Origin: Candidatus Cloacimonadales bacterium
GTDB taxonomy: Bacteria; Cloacimonadota; Cloacimonadia; Cloacimonadales; JAIOQZ01
Direction: 5' to 3'
DNA: 64,000 nucleotides
Assembly (NCBI GenBank): GCA_963662655.2
Contig: CAXXTU010000002.1
Span: 1,888,001-1,952,000, forward strand
This document shows positions 1 to 9,748 of this stretch, one piece after another. Position 1 is the first letter of the stretch. Every line of letters begins with the position of its first letter. The notes below the pieces were generated by a model. The model ran no database searches, was not told the origin of the DNA, and saw only the letters and a program-made list of their open reading frames with translations. A program made the position numbers and the translations under genes.

Positions 1-2244
1 CACGATGTATCCGAGCTGGCTCATGCTGGAATAGGCCAAAAGTCGCTTGATATCCTCCTGGAATACCGCCATGAGGGCCCCGAATATCGCCGTGAGCGCG
101 CCGATCCACCCAAGAACGCTTCGGAGGTCGAACCCGCCTCTATAATTGATCGTATAGACCAGTATCGCGAGCAGAAGACCGTAGACCGCCGCCTTGCTCA
201 GGATTGCGGAGAAAAACGTACTTACATCGTCATCCGCTTCCGCATACGCACCCGGAAGCCATACGTGGAAACCGATACCGCCCATCTTTACCAGCATTCC
301 GAGGCCGATCAGGATGAAGCTCCACCGGAAGGGGTAGCGTCCCAGGAGGAGACTGGCGAAATCGGTAACGCCGGTGTTGGCGTACAGCACCGCGAATCCC
401 GTCATGATCAGGAACGCCGCGCCCATGGAGAACATCACGTAGCGAAGCGCGTGCTCCTGCGCGTTCTTTCCCTGCATGAGCAGCAGATAGGAGCTGAGTG
501 TCATGAATTCCCACGCGGTGAAGAACTCCAGCGTTGAATTGGCGATGGTGATATTGACCAGCGAGAGGATCAGCATCGTGAGCAGCGGATAGAAACCGCG
601 AACGTTGATCTTGCGGTACATCGAGGCGAAGGCGATGATGATCCCGCCCAGACCGAACACTGCCGTAAACAGCATCGGTAGCGGCAGGACCGCCGGAATA
701 ATGAAGTATAGGTAGACTCCGGTCAGCACGATCGTCAACACCGCTTTGATCTTCACGCCAAGCCAGTCGATAAGATAGATGAACGCCCCCGCGATCAATG
801 GCGTCATGGCCACCGCGCTTGCGGGAAGCATGTATGTGTTCATATTGAAGCTATTCACGATAAAAAAACCACTCGCCCGTAACCCGATGACGATCAACGC
901 CAGCATGAAAATCCGTGACGAAATCTCCAGACCATAGTGGTCGGCGGATTCTTTCTCCGTCTTCGTTTTGGCGGCAACGCCAAGCCAGCGCAGCAGCATG
1001 AATATCTCGAACATCGATCCCAATAGGATTGTTGCCAGCGCGACATACGAGCCGTGCTCCGCCAGCCCCATGACGATATTCCACTTGGCCCAGAACATGG
1101 GGAACGGTGGGAATCCAGCCAGCGAGAAAAGCAGAATGCCGAAGCTGAAGAGCTTTTCGGGATTCCTGCGAAGCACGCCCCAGGCCGTGAGGTCTTCACC
1201 CTCGATGGTTTCCGCCATCCAGAACAAACCCGCCTTGGCGAGGAAGTGATTGACGAAGATCGCACCGGTGATGATCAGAATACGAGCCTGCTCCATTCCG
1301 AGCTTTGTCAGGAGAGCGTAAACGCCCATCATCAGCCCGATCTGCCCCACCGAGGAATATCCGAGCAACCGTTTAAAATTGTGTTGGCGCGTTCCCAGCA
1401 GGTTGGAGAAAAAGAAGGTTACCAGTCCAACCACCGCGAGGAGGCCAAGGAACTGATCGCCAAGAATGGGCATGACCTTGTAGAGCGCGTAGAACATCGC
1501 ACCGGCGTTGGCGGACGATATCAGCGCAAGGACGCCTCCGTGCGCGCTCTGATAAACATCCAGCGCCCAGCCATTGGCGGGAAACGGCTTGAGCTCGATG
1601 AGGATCGAGGAAAACAACAGGAATGCGGCCAGCCAGCCAGCTTTTCCCATATCGGCGATCCCCAGCATCGCCAGTTGATCGATATTCAGCGTTCCGCCCA
1701 GGCGATAGATATAGATGGTTCCGAGCAGAAACAGAATCGACGCGATACCCCCGGCGATCATGTACTTGAATCCGGCGGAAAGCGCTTTGCGACTCGGCTC
1801 CAGCGCGATCAGGGCGTACGTGGCGATGGAATTGATCTCGATGAACACGAACAGGTTGAAGATGTCGCGCGTCATCACGATGCCGTTAACGCCGGTCAGC
1901 ATTGCCACGTAGAGCATCATCGCATAGGCGGGAAGCTCCATGAAACGCTTGCGCAGCGCGAAGATCCCCAGCAGTCCGGCCACGTTCGACAGAACCAGTA
2001 TGAAAGCTTCCTTGTAGCCCAGCATCAGGTTGATCGATACGGGCGGACGAAGGCCTGCGGTGAAGACCTGAGCGGATTCGCCTCCCTTCTCGATGAAATG
2101 GAACCATGAACCGGAAATCCATGCCATCACACCCACGATCATCACCGTGAGCCAGAAGGAGAGGTTCTTGTTCACCTTGTCGGCGGGACCGATAAGGAAC
2201 GCGCCACCCAGAGCAGCAACAAAAAGATAGATAGGGTTTACCAT
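1..2244 (-). CDS. Fused double-module Mrp/Mbh/Mbx-type proton/cation antiporter subunit (MrpD/MrpA-like); 3' end lies outside the window
   Basis: Not in the ORF track because there is no stop in the window. ATG at 2244 follows AGGAG (MVNPIYLFVAALGGAFLIG...). The frame stays open to base 1 in the segments I read. Two 'KRLLxYSS' antiporter motifs (FKRLLGYSSVGQMG; IKRLLAYSSMSQLG). Confidence 0.88.
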   Translation of the reverse strand, partial: MVNPIYLFVAALGGAFLIGPADKVNKNLSFWLTVMIVGVMAWISGSWFHFIEKGGESAQVFTAGLRPPVSINLMLGYKEAFILVLSNVAGLLGIFALRKRFMELPAYAMMLYVAMLTGVNGIVMTRDIFNLFVFIEINSIATYALIALEPSRKALSAGFKYMIAGGIASILFLLGTIYIYRLGGTLNIDQLAMLGIADMGKAGWLAAFLLFSSILIELKPFPANGWALDVYQSAHGGVLALISSANAGAMFYALYKVMPILGDQFLGLLAVVGLVTFFFSNLLGTRQHNFKRLLGYSSVGQIGLMMGVYALLTKLGMEQARILIITGAIFVNHFLAKAGLFWMAETIEGEDLTAWGVLRRNPEKLFSFGILLFSLAGFPPFPMFWAKWNIVMGLAEHGSYVALATILLGSMFEIFMLLRWLGVAAKTKTEKESADHYGLEISSRIFMLALIVIGLRASGFFIVNSFNMNTYMLPASAVAMTPLIAGAFIYLIDWLGVKIKAVLTIVLTGVYLYFIIPAVLPLPMLFTAVFGLGGIIIAFASMYRKINVRGFYPLLTMLILSLVNITIANSTLEFFTAWEFMTLSSYLLLMQGKNAQEHALRYVMFSMGAAFLIMTGFAVLYANTGVTDFASLLLGRYPFRWSFILIGLGMLVKMGGIGFHVWLPGAYAEADDDVSTFFSAILSKAAVYGLLLAILVYTINYRGGFDLRSVLGWIGALTAIFGALMAVFQEDIKRLLAYSSMSQLGYIV

Positions 2245-2591
2245 TTTGTCTCCTGGTAATCGTCTATGGAGAGTGATTTTCCTTTTTGATACATTCTGAT
2301 CGCGTAGGAGAGCATCAGCGCGGTCACTGCCAGCCCGATAACGATCGCCGTCAGAACCAGCGCCGAAGGGATCGGATCCACAACGCGATACAGCGCTTCG
2401 GCTTTGTTAACAGCCTGATCGAGGATGGGAGCGGTTCTTCCGTCGATGTACCCCACGGAAACCATGATCACGTGGATGCCGGTGTCCATCAGCGAGAAGC
2501 CGATAATGATGCGTATCAGATTCTTGTGCGTAAGCATCGCCCATGTGCCGATGATGAGCAGTATTGCGCCGAAAAGTGTTGTTACATTCAT
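2238..2591 (-). CDS. mnhC: Mrp/Mnh antiporter subunit C
   Basis: Hydrophobic 117 aa with 'DPIPSALVLTAIVIG'. Confidence 0.92.
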   Translation of the reverse strand: MNVTTLFGAILLIIGTWAMLTHKNLIRIIIGFSLMDTGIHVIMVSVGYIDGRTAPILDQAVNKAEALYRVVDPIPSALVLTAIVIGLAVTALMLSYAIRMYQKGKSLSIDDYQETKW

Positions 2592-2600
2592 AACGCCATC

Positions 2601-3296
2601 CTATTCTTGCATGTTATCGAGTATGCCGGTGAGTTCCGAGCCAACCTTGAGCCCGACCAGCGAATAGATGAGCGGAATCGCTCCCGCGCTGAAGAGCTGG
2701 CCGTATGTTCCCATGGACAGAAAACGATTGTTCAGGAATCCGTCGCCCAATCCCGCGGCAGTTGACGCGAGGAGCAATCCGAGAATCCCCAGAACGACAT
2801 ACCCGACACCCGATACCGATTCGACCAGATGCAGCAGTTTATGATTGAATTTCATGTTGACTTCGGAAAGCATGATCAGCAGGATTCCGGTTGCGATAAC
2901 CACGCCGCCCTGGAATCCTCCGCCGGGCGTCAGGTGCCCGTGGACAAACACGTATATTCCGTACAGGAAGATCAGTGCGATCAGGAACGACGCGCCGGTT
3001 TGCAGAATCTCCGAGGATTTTCGCTTGTTCTTCTTCTCCTTCTTGCGTCCGAGAAGAAAACCTACGCCTGCCGTCGCGATGAACAGCACCGTAACCTCGC
3101 CAAGAGTGTCCAGGCCGCGATAGGTAACCACCACGGACGTGACGATGTTCTGCGCGCCAAGCTCGTCGGGGCCTTTCACCACATAATTTCCGGCCACCGG
3201 ACTCAGCTCCTGCATGGGCAATACTTCGTGAATCAAGGGAAGCAGCATGAACGCCAGGCCGATCACGGCCAGAAACGCAAGGATTCTCGTAATCAT
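2601..3296 (-). CDS. mnhB: Mrp/Mnh antiporter subunit B (MbhE/F-like)
   Basis: 'NIVTSVVVTYRGLDTLGE' and 'HGHLTPGGGFQGG' motifs. Confidence 0.92.
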   Translation of the reverse strand: MITRILAFLAVIGLAFMLLPLIHEVLPMQELSPVAGNYVVKGPDELGAQNIVTSVVVTYRGLDTLGEVTVLFIATAGVGFLLGRKKEKKNKRKSSEILQTGASFLIALIFLYGIYVFVHGHLTPGGGFQGGVVIATGILLIMLSEVNMKFNHKLLHLVESVSGVGYVVLGILGLLLASTAAGLGDGFLNNRFLSMGTYGQLFSAGAIPLIYSLVGLKVGSELTGILDNMQE

Positions 3297-3553
3297 TTGC
3301 GGTCCTCCTTGTCGCTCTTCATTCTGCGGTAGGCGTACAGAAACACCACCGTCGTCAGACCGCTTCCGATCGCGGCTTCTGTCATGGCCACGTCCGGAGA
3401 CGCAAGAAGCAGGTAGATCACGCTAGCCAGCAGACTCACCACGCCGGCGGCGATGATGGCCGAAAGGACTTTCTTCGTCACGACGGCGAACACGGCGGCG
3501 GCCAGCATGAGAATCCCCAGCCAGACGGTTACGATAAAGTTAAACGTCGTCAT
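3293..3553 (-). CDS. DUF4040/MbhD-like antiporter subunit
   Basis: True start is probably ATG 3553 (MTTFNFIV...), overlapping the mnhG stop. 'SPDVAMTEAAIGSG' motif. The ORF-track N-terminal extension overlaps mnhG. Confidence 0.85.
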   Translation of the reverse strand: MTTFNFIVTVWLGILMLAAAVFAVVTKKVLSAIIAAGVVSLLASVIYLLLASPDVAMTEAAIGSGLTTVVFLYAYRRMKSDKEDRK

Positions 3554-3885
3554 GCTCGCTCCTCCTGTTCGTCTTCCTCCAGTTCGTCGCGGACGCTTTT
3601 GCCTGTTAACGGTATGCCCAGATAATGTGCGGCGCGTGCCAGCGCGTGCGAGGAAAGCGGATTGGTGAAAATCAGGAAGAGGACAAGCAGCACCATGCGT
3701 CCCAGACACACACAGTGTGACCGGCCCACGCTCAATCCAATGAGGAAGAGGATGCTGCCCAGGGTCGTCGCCTTCGTACCCGCCTGCATGCGATTGTATA
3801 CATCCGGCATCCTCAGTAGCCCGAGCGCTCCCAGGAGAAGGAAGATCGAGCCGGCGAGTGTCATCAATGAACCGAGGATTTCCAT
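3550..3885 (-). CDS. mnhG: Mrp/Mnh antiporter subunit G
   Basis: 'GLLRMPDVYNRMQAGTKATTLG' and 'TNPLSSHALARAA'. Confidence 0.92.
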   Translation of the reverse strand: MEILGSLMTLAGSIFLLLGALGLLRMPDVYNRMQAGTKATTLGSILFLIGLSVGRSHCVCLGRMVLLVLFLIFTNPLSSHALARAAHYLGIPLTGKSVRDELEEDEQEERA

Positions 3886-4145
3886 TACAGCCCCCTTTCC
3901 ATGTATCGTGCCACCGCCACAACGCCCACGAAGCTGATGAGTCCGTAAACGAGCGCAACATCGAGATAGACAATGCGCATCGCGGTGGCGGAGACGAATG
4001 CCAGTATGGAGATGGATATGATGGTCATCGCGTCTAGGGCGACTACGCGATCGGCGATCGTCGGACCCTTGAACATACGGAACATTGCCAGCATCAACGC
4101 TGTCAGGGCGATCAACGCGGCAGCCTGATAGATTGTTTCAGCCAA
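3885..4145 (-). CDS. mnhF: Mrp/Mnh antiporter subunit F
   Basis: 'GPTIADRVVALD' and 'YLDVALVYGLISFV'. Confidence 0.92.
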   Translation of the reverse strand: MAETIYQAAALIALTALMLAMFRMFKGPTIADRVVALDAMTIISISILAFVSATAMRIVYLDVALVYGLISFVGVVAVARYMERGL

Positions 4146-4635
4146 AGATCACCTCCAGGTATTTCTCGAACTTGGATACGATCGCCTGCGTGTGCGCGTC
4201 CATGTCACCCGCGCTCACATCGATCCAGTGGATGTATAGAATGTCGCCACGCGACTCGACCGTGAGCGTTCCGGGCGTCAGCGTGATGGAATTGGCCAGG
4301 AAGGTCCTTCCCATGGGCGATTGCAAGCGCGTCCTGACCCGTACGATGCCGGGGTTGATCGGCAGGGAGGGGCTCACGACACGCCGGGCCACATCCAGAT
4401 TCGACCGGATCAGCTCCCAAATGAAAACGAAAATGTATCCGACACCGTAAACCAGCGCTTTCGGATTGAGATGGATATTGCCCACCGCCTGCGCCCTTGC
4501 TGCGAAGATCATCGCCAGCAAAAGCGAGACAACGCCACCAACCATCCATTCCTGCCGGGAATGGAAATCGGTCAGGAGCATCCACACCAGATAGAGAAAC
4601 ACGAAGAGCAGAATGAATGCCTTGATTCTCTGCAT
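4138..4635 (-). CDS. mnhE: Mrp/Mnh antiporter subunit E
   Basis: 'SNLDVARRV...INPGIV...LANSITLTPGT'. ATG 4635 follows GGAGGT. Confidence 0.92.
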   Translation of the reverse strand: MQRIKAFILLFVFLYLVWMLLTDFHSRQEWMVGGVVSLLLAMIFAARAQAVGNIHLNPKALVYGVGYIFVFIWELIRSNLDVARRVVSPSLPINPGIVRVRTRLQSPMGRTFLANSITLTPGTLTVESRGDILYIHWIDVSAGDMDAHTQAIVSKFEKYLEVIFG

Positions 4636-5015
4636 GACACCTCCGTAGATTGTATGTTCATTCTTTACTTGCACAAAGAAAGTATACTCTGAAATTATTT
4701 GTCAATATAAATATTTTATACCGGCAATATTTTACACCACGCACCATATGATGGATTTTAACATCGAAAAAGGCCAGTCTCACTCGTTATTTCTTGCCAT
4801 TGCCAACAGTTACGTCATTTATACAGATTCCAGCGCAGCTCGAGAGCCATCACTCCGGTTGATTTTGAAATGAACGTTTGTATATAGAAGAATTACGTTA
4901 TTAATTGAAAATGTCAAAAGAAAAATTTTCATGGCAAAAGGAGATTCCTTATTTACATCGGGGCCTGTATTCGTATATTGTTAATAAAGACACGAGAATT
5001 TGCGAAGGAGAACTG

Positions 5016-5855
5016 ATGATTTCGATAAAAGACATGCTCAACCAGATCGAGATGCTGCCGCCGTTCAGCAAGGTTGCTCACAAAGCCACTCAACTGCTCA
5101 AAAGCGACAACTTCACCATGCATGAACTGGCGGAACTGGTCCAGGTCGATGCGTCCCTGACAGCCAATATTCTTCGCGTTGCGAACTCCGCGAAGTACAC
5201 GACCGCCAGGACAATTACCGACCTCAGGCTCGCGATGAGCATCATCGGACTGGCCGAGATGAACGAAATCATCCTCAAATCTGCCGCAAAGCCCTATTTC
5301 AACGACATGATCGAAGGCTACGAATCCTATCCGGGAGAGCTCTGGGAGCACAGCCTCGCTGTAGCGGTATTGGGCAGCGAACTCCATTTTCTCGAACCGG
5401 ACATCGATGCTTCCGTACTCTATACGGCCAACCTGCTGCACGATATCGGCAAGATCGTCCTGAGCCAGTACGTGAAGGACGAATACAAGGAGATGCTCCG
5501 CCTGATCGACACACAGGAGATCGATTTCCTTACTGCGGAGCGCAAGGTGCTCGGATTCACCCACTCCGACGTAAGCGCGAAGGTTCTTCGCGACTGGAAT
5601 TTCAACGAGGACATCGTGCTCTCCGCCCGACATCATCACGATCCCGAGAAAATCAACAATCCATACGTCAATCTCACAGCGCTTGCGGATTACTTCTCGA
5701 TGATCATCGGCAAATCCTCCCAGAAAGACGGAATGCAGTACAAAGGGCACCAGAAGCTCCTTATGCGCTATAAAATCCACAGCAACGACCTCGACCGCAT
5801 CCTCCACACAGTCGTAGACAAGATCAAGGCGATCGAGGCGTCACTCGAAAACTAA
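5016..5855 (+). CDS. HDOD domain signal-transduction protein
   Basis: 'LPPF...D.SLTANILRVANS', 'WEHS', 'LLHDIGK', 'HHH'. ATG 5016 follows AAGGAG. Confidence 0.9.
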   Translation: MISIKDMLNQIEMLPPFSKVAHKATQLLKSDNFTMHELAELVQVDASLTANILRVANSAKYTTARTITDLRLAMSIIGLAEMNEIILKSAAKPYFNDMIEGYESYPGELWEHSLAVAVLGSELHFLEPDIDASVLYTANLLHDIGKIVLSQYVKDEYKEMLRLIDTQEIDFLTAERKVLGFTHSDVSAKVLRDWNFNEDIVLSARHHHDPEKINNPYVNLTALADYFSMIIGKSSQKDGMQYKGHQKLLMRYKIHSNDLDRILHTVVDKIKAIEASLEN

Positions 5856-5917
5856 ACGTAACAGCACACTTTAAGCCCCGAGGCATTTTCCCGGGACACA
5901 GGCGCACAATTTCATCA

Positions 5918-8900
5918 GTGTATTCAGATCATGAAACAATCTTCCTATGGAGTTTGTCGATGAAACGATATCCAGGTTGTTCCTCAGAAGATGTACGCGC
6001 AGAAGAAATCGAGCAATTGCTGAAGAAACTCACAGGCGCAAGCGAGCCGGAGAAAATCCCCATTCTGTTGCAGCTGTCCCAAGAGTACCATTACGACAGC
6101 CGAATAGCGCTCGAATACGCGGAATTGGCAAGGGAATTAGCGATTCGACACGACCTGAAGCCGTGCCACGCGTATGCCTTGATCCGGATCATCGAGATTA
6201 AAATATCTCAAGGCGCGGAATCCGAAACGATGAATCATCTTGAAGACCTCACAAAAATTCCTTCCGACGAGTTCAGTCCGAACCTCCTGGGAGAAATCGC
6301 CTCCATCTCGTCCAGATTGTACTACATGAACGCCAGCTTCACCAAGGCTGTTCACGATCATTATCAAGCAATCGGAATCTTCGAAGAACACAATCTCACG
6401 GACAAGATGGTGAACCACCTGAAGCAGATCGGGATTCTCGCCAGCAATCGGGGGGATATCCGGACGGGCCTCGACCTCTTCAACCGTTGCCTGGCCTTGT
6501 GCAATCAGAACGAGAACAAGGAATGCATTGGTGAAATACTGAACAACATTGGCGTGATCTACCAGAATCTCGAAGAGTACGAGAAATCGATCACGTACCA
6601 CGAGCAGGGCCTTTCCATCGCAAAGGAGATATCCAATAGTCGCCTGATCGTGGTATGCACAGCCAACATCGGAAACAATTACCACAATCTCCATCAACTC
6701 AAGATCGCCATGCAGTATTACGAGCAATCGCTGGAAGAGGCGATCAGAATCGACAACCGAAGCTACATCGCTCTGCTTAACGGAAGCATCGGACGTCTAC
6801 ACCACGAGATGAAGAATTACAGCGATGCGTTCAGGCATCTGTCGAAGAGCATCTCAATCTACCAGGCCATCCAGAACAAGAATGGAATCATCCTCGTTAC
6901 TACTGCATTGGCAAAGCTTTACATGGACCCAAAATTCGAGGGTTATCTACCACAGGAGAGCATACACCTTCTCCAGCAAATCGAACAGCAGTACGAAGAT
7001 AAAATAGAGATGCCCAAGCACATGGAGGTTTTCAAGATTCTCTCGAAGGCCTATGAGAAGCAGGGCGATTTCGCAAAGGCGTACGAGCATCTTAAATCCT
7101 ATATCCAGATGAAAGAGCAGCTTGACAGCGTGAAGCGTTCAACTGAACCCGACAGCTTTTATCACGATATGAAAGAAGAGGAGGCGTCTCCTCGAGATGA
7201 TACGGCAGAACTTCAGGACTCCCCGGATTCGCGCGCCTCGGAGAACGAAGACCTGCTGAGCAACATCCGGCAATACGGATCGATGTCCATATCCATTGGC
7301 GATATGGGTATCCGGGAGATGAACCGTTACCTTCCCGGGATATTGGGTTACAAAGACAAGGATGACATGGATCAGCGCTTCGATTTGAAGGCGTTTCTCG
7401 AAAACGATGAGAATCATCTGCTCGATAAACTCCGGATGTCAGGCCGGCTCGACGAGGTTGAAATCACCTGGAAAGATACCGGCAAATACCTCTCGATCAA
7501 CGGCGTGTTGAATCGGGAAAACCAAAGTGTATTTATCCTCGTGCGCGATGTAAGCGAGCACCACCAGTTGATGAAGCGCTTGCAACGCACACAATCGCTG
7601 ATCAAGAGCATCGTCAATACACTTCCGCCGAGTATATTCTGGAAGAAGATCGACGGAACGCTGCTGGGGTACAATAAGTCGTTCTCGGACATGATCGGTA
7701 ACGAGCCCAAGGTGGATGAAGTCATCCCCCTTGAAGACATGTGGCCATTCGAGGATTTCAGTAAATTCTCGAGGCTCAACAGCAAACTGGCTGCCCAGGC
7801 CGAGTCCATCATCAAACACCCCGTGCTGGAAAGGTTGAAATCCGGTGAAGACAGGTGGATGGAATACACGCTCATGCCTGTCGCGGATTCGACGGCGAAC
7901 GATGAGATTCTGGTTATCATCGAGGATGTAACCGAGCTTCGAAGTTTGCTGAAACAGGTTCAGGATAGCGAATCGAAGTACCGGACACTGTTCGAATCCT
8001 CATCCGACGCCATCATGATTCTGGATCGCGAGGAATTCGTCGACTGCAATCTCCAAACAGTACGGATGTTCCGCTACGATAGCAAAGCCGAGTTTCTCGG
8101 CCTGCATCCGTCCGCCGTATCGCCTCCGCTACAGTTTCACGGCGAGAACTCCTACACGCTCGCCATGATGCGCATCGAGGAAGCCTTTACAAGGGGTTAC
8201 GCAAAATTCGAGTGGCTTCACCAGCGAAAGAACGGCGAAACCTTCAACGCGGAAGTCTGGCTGGCCCGGTTCAACGTGAACGACCGGGACGTACTGCAAG
8301 CCACTGTGCGCGATATCACCCAGGCGAAGCTTGACGCCAAATCGCTCATAGAAGCAAGGAACAAGGCCGATCAGGCAAGCATGGCGAAAAGCGAATTCAT
8401 CGCCAGCATGAGCCACGAGATGCGCACTCCGTTCCACACGATTCTGGGATTCTCCGACCTTCTGTACGACGCGATCGAGGATGCTCAATTGCGTGAATAT
8501 ATCTCTGCCATAAAGACTTCAGGCAACAACCTCCTGCACATCATCAACGAGATGCTCGACCTCTCAAGAATCGAGGCGGGGCTCTTCAAGCTGGACGCCC
8601 GTCCCTTCTCTATCGGCGAATTGATAAGAGAATCCATCGAGATATCGGGCATCAAAACCCACAACCAGAATTTGGAGATCGTCACAAAAATCGATCCGAA
8701 TATTCCGGATTTCATCATCATGGACTCCGCTCGCCTGAAACAGGTTTTGCTCAATCTGATGAGCAACGCCGGTAAATTCACCCGCAAAGGATCGATCACG
8801 GTGGAGGCAAAGACGGAAAATGTTCGCCACAATCGCCTCGATCTTATTCTATCAGTAGAGGATACCGGCATTGGCATTCACCACTCCAACCTGGGGAAGA

Positions 8901-9499
8901 TATTCGATCCGTTCTTCCAGATCAAGACAAACCATGCATCTCCGTTCAAAGGATCCGGTCTCGGACTTGCCATTACGAGAAAGTTCACCGAGATGATGGG
9001 AGGAAAGATTCACGTTCGCAGCAAGGTCGAATCGGGGACAAGGTTTGACCTCTCTTTTCGGGATGTGTTGATCTGCAAGGATATCGATAACTTCTTGTGT
9101 TCGGATCGTGTGAATCCTTCAGCATACGATTTCGAGCCGACGACGGTATTGGTTGCCGACAACTCCAGGAAAAACCGCCAATTGATCCAGAACGCTCTCA
9201 AAGATACACCGCTTTCCATTATCGAAGCGGATAACTCGGGACACGCGTTGTGGATTCTCTCTCATCAGAAGAACAAGATTGTCCTTTACGATGTGGAGCT
9301 ACCTCCTGATGAGCCAGAGACATTCATTGCCAATGTCAGAAACAATCCTGAAATTGCGGATACGATCGTAATCGCGATTTCCGTAGCGATGCCCGGGATG
9401 TCGGACGAGTATTTCACGCAAATCGGCTTTAACGGGCTTCTCGCCAAACCTTTCACGGAAAAAGAGTTGCTTCAGGAATTGCATCGAGCGCTGAAATAA
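5918..9499 (+). CDS. TPR-PAS hybrid sensor histidine kinase with C-terminal receiver
   Basis: TPR repeats (ILNNIGVIY...), PAS domains, H-box 'MSHEMRTP', 'NLMSNAGKFT', 'DTGIG', 'GSGLGL' and a C-terminal REC ending 'KPF'. Start may be ATG 5960. Confidence 0.92.
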   Translation: MYSDHETIFLWSLSMKRYPGCSSEDVRAEEIEQLLKKLTGASEPEKIPILLQLSQEYHYDSRIALEYAELARELAIRHDLKPCHAYALIRIIEIKISQGAESETMNHLEDLTKIPSDEFSPNLLGEIASISSRLYYMNASFTKAVHDHYQAIGIFEEHNLTDKMVNHLKQIGILASNRGDIRTGLDLFNRCLALCNQNENKECIGEILNNIGVIYQNLEEYEKSITYHEQGLSIAKEISNSRLIVVCTANIGNNYHNLHQLKIAMQYYEQSLEEAIRIDNRSYIALLNGSIGRLHHEMKNYSDAFRHLSKSISIYQAIQNKNGIILVTTALAKLYMDPKFEGYLPQESIHLLQQIEQQYEDKIEMPKHMEVFKILSKAYEKQGDFAKAYEHLKSYIQMKEQLDSVKRSTEPDSFYHDMKEEEASPRDDTAELQDSPDSRASENEDLLSNIRQYGSMSISIGDMGIREMNRYLPGILGYKDKDDMDQRFDLKAFLENDENHLLDKLRMSGRLDEVEITWKDTGKYLSINGVLNRENQSVFILVRDVSEHHQLMKRLQRTQSLIKSIVNTLPPSIFWKKIDGTLLGYNKSFSDMIGNEPKVDEVIPLEDMWPFEDFSKFSRLNSKLAAQAESIIKHPVLERLKSGEDRWMEYTLMPVADSTANDEILVIIEDVTELRSLLKQVQDSESKYRTLFESSSDAIMILDREEFVDCNLQTVRMFRYDSKAEFLGLHPSAVSPPLQFHGENSYTLAMMRIEEAFTRGYAKFEWLHQRKNGETFNAEVWLARFNVNDRDVLQATVRDITQAKLDAKSLIEARNKADQASMAKSEFIASMSHEMRTPFHTILGFSDLLYDAIEDAQLREYISAIKTSGNNLLHIINEMLDLSRIEAGLFKLDARPFSIGELIRESIEISGIKTHNQNLEIVTKIDPNIPDFIIMDSARLKQVLLNLMSNAGKFTRKGSITVEAKTENVRHNRLDLILSVEDTGIGIHHSNLGKIFDPFFQIKTNHASPFKGSGLGLAITRKFTEMMGGKIHVRSKVESGTRFDLSFRDVLICKDIDNFLCSDRVNPSAYDFEPTTVLVADNSRKNRQLIQNALKDTPLSIIEADNSGHALWILSHQKNKIVLYDVELPPDEPETFIANVRNNPEIADTIVIAISVAMPGMSDEYFTQIGFNGLLAKPFTEKELLQELHRALK

Positions 9500-9552
9500 C
9501 GTTGGATCACTTTCAGACATGGTGGGTGGATGCATCCTCTGGCCTTCCTTCG

Positions 9553-9658
9553 TGTCACCCTGATGCTGTGTGTTGTGCTAAGCAAGACACGGGTTCCTCA
9601 AAGAGTCGAAAGGGTATTCCAATGATGAAACCATCCTTCGACTCCGCTCAGGATGACA
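9553..9658. repeat. REP-like palindromic element (TGTCAYCCTGA...TCGAA...TTCGA...TCAGGATGACA)
   Basis: Inverted arms TGTCACCCTGA/TCAGGATGACA and GAGTCGAA/TTCGACTC. Shares arm motifs with 55186-55354. Confidence 0.6.
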
Positions 9659-9700
9659 TTTGAGGAGAACCTCTACCCACTTGATCCATAACATGGGAAT

Positions 9701-9729
9701 AAAAAACCGGTGACGATTCGCCACCGGTT
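9701..9729 (-). terminator. Rho-independent terminator after pmbA
   Basis: AACCGGTG/CACCGGTT stem with an A-run on + (U-tract on -). Confidence 0.7.
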
Positions 9730-9748
9730 CAATGCTGTATCAATCGTA

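Noticed and set aside
1054..2109. 351-aa + strand ORF
   Set aside because: Antisense shadow of the antiporter gene; no motifs.
3554..3973. ORF-track N-terminal extension of the DUF4040 gene
   Set aside because: Overlaps mnhG and mnhF; the plausible start is 3553.
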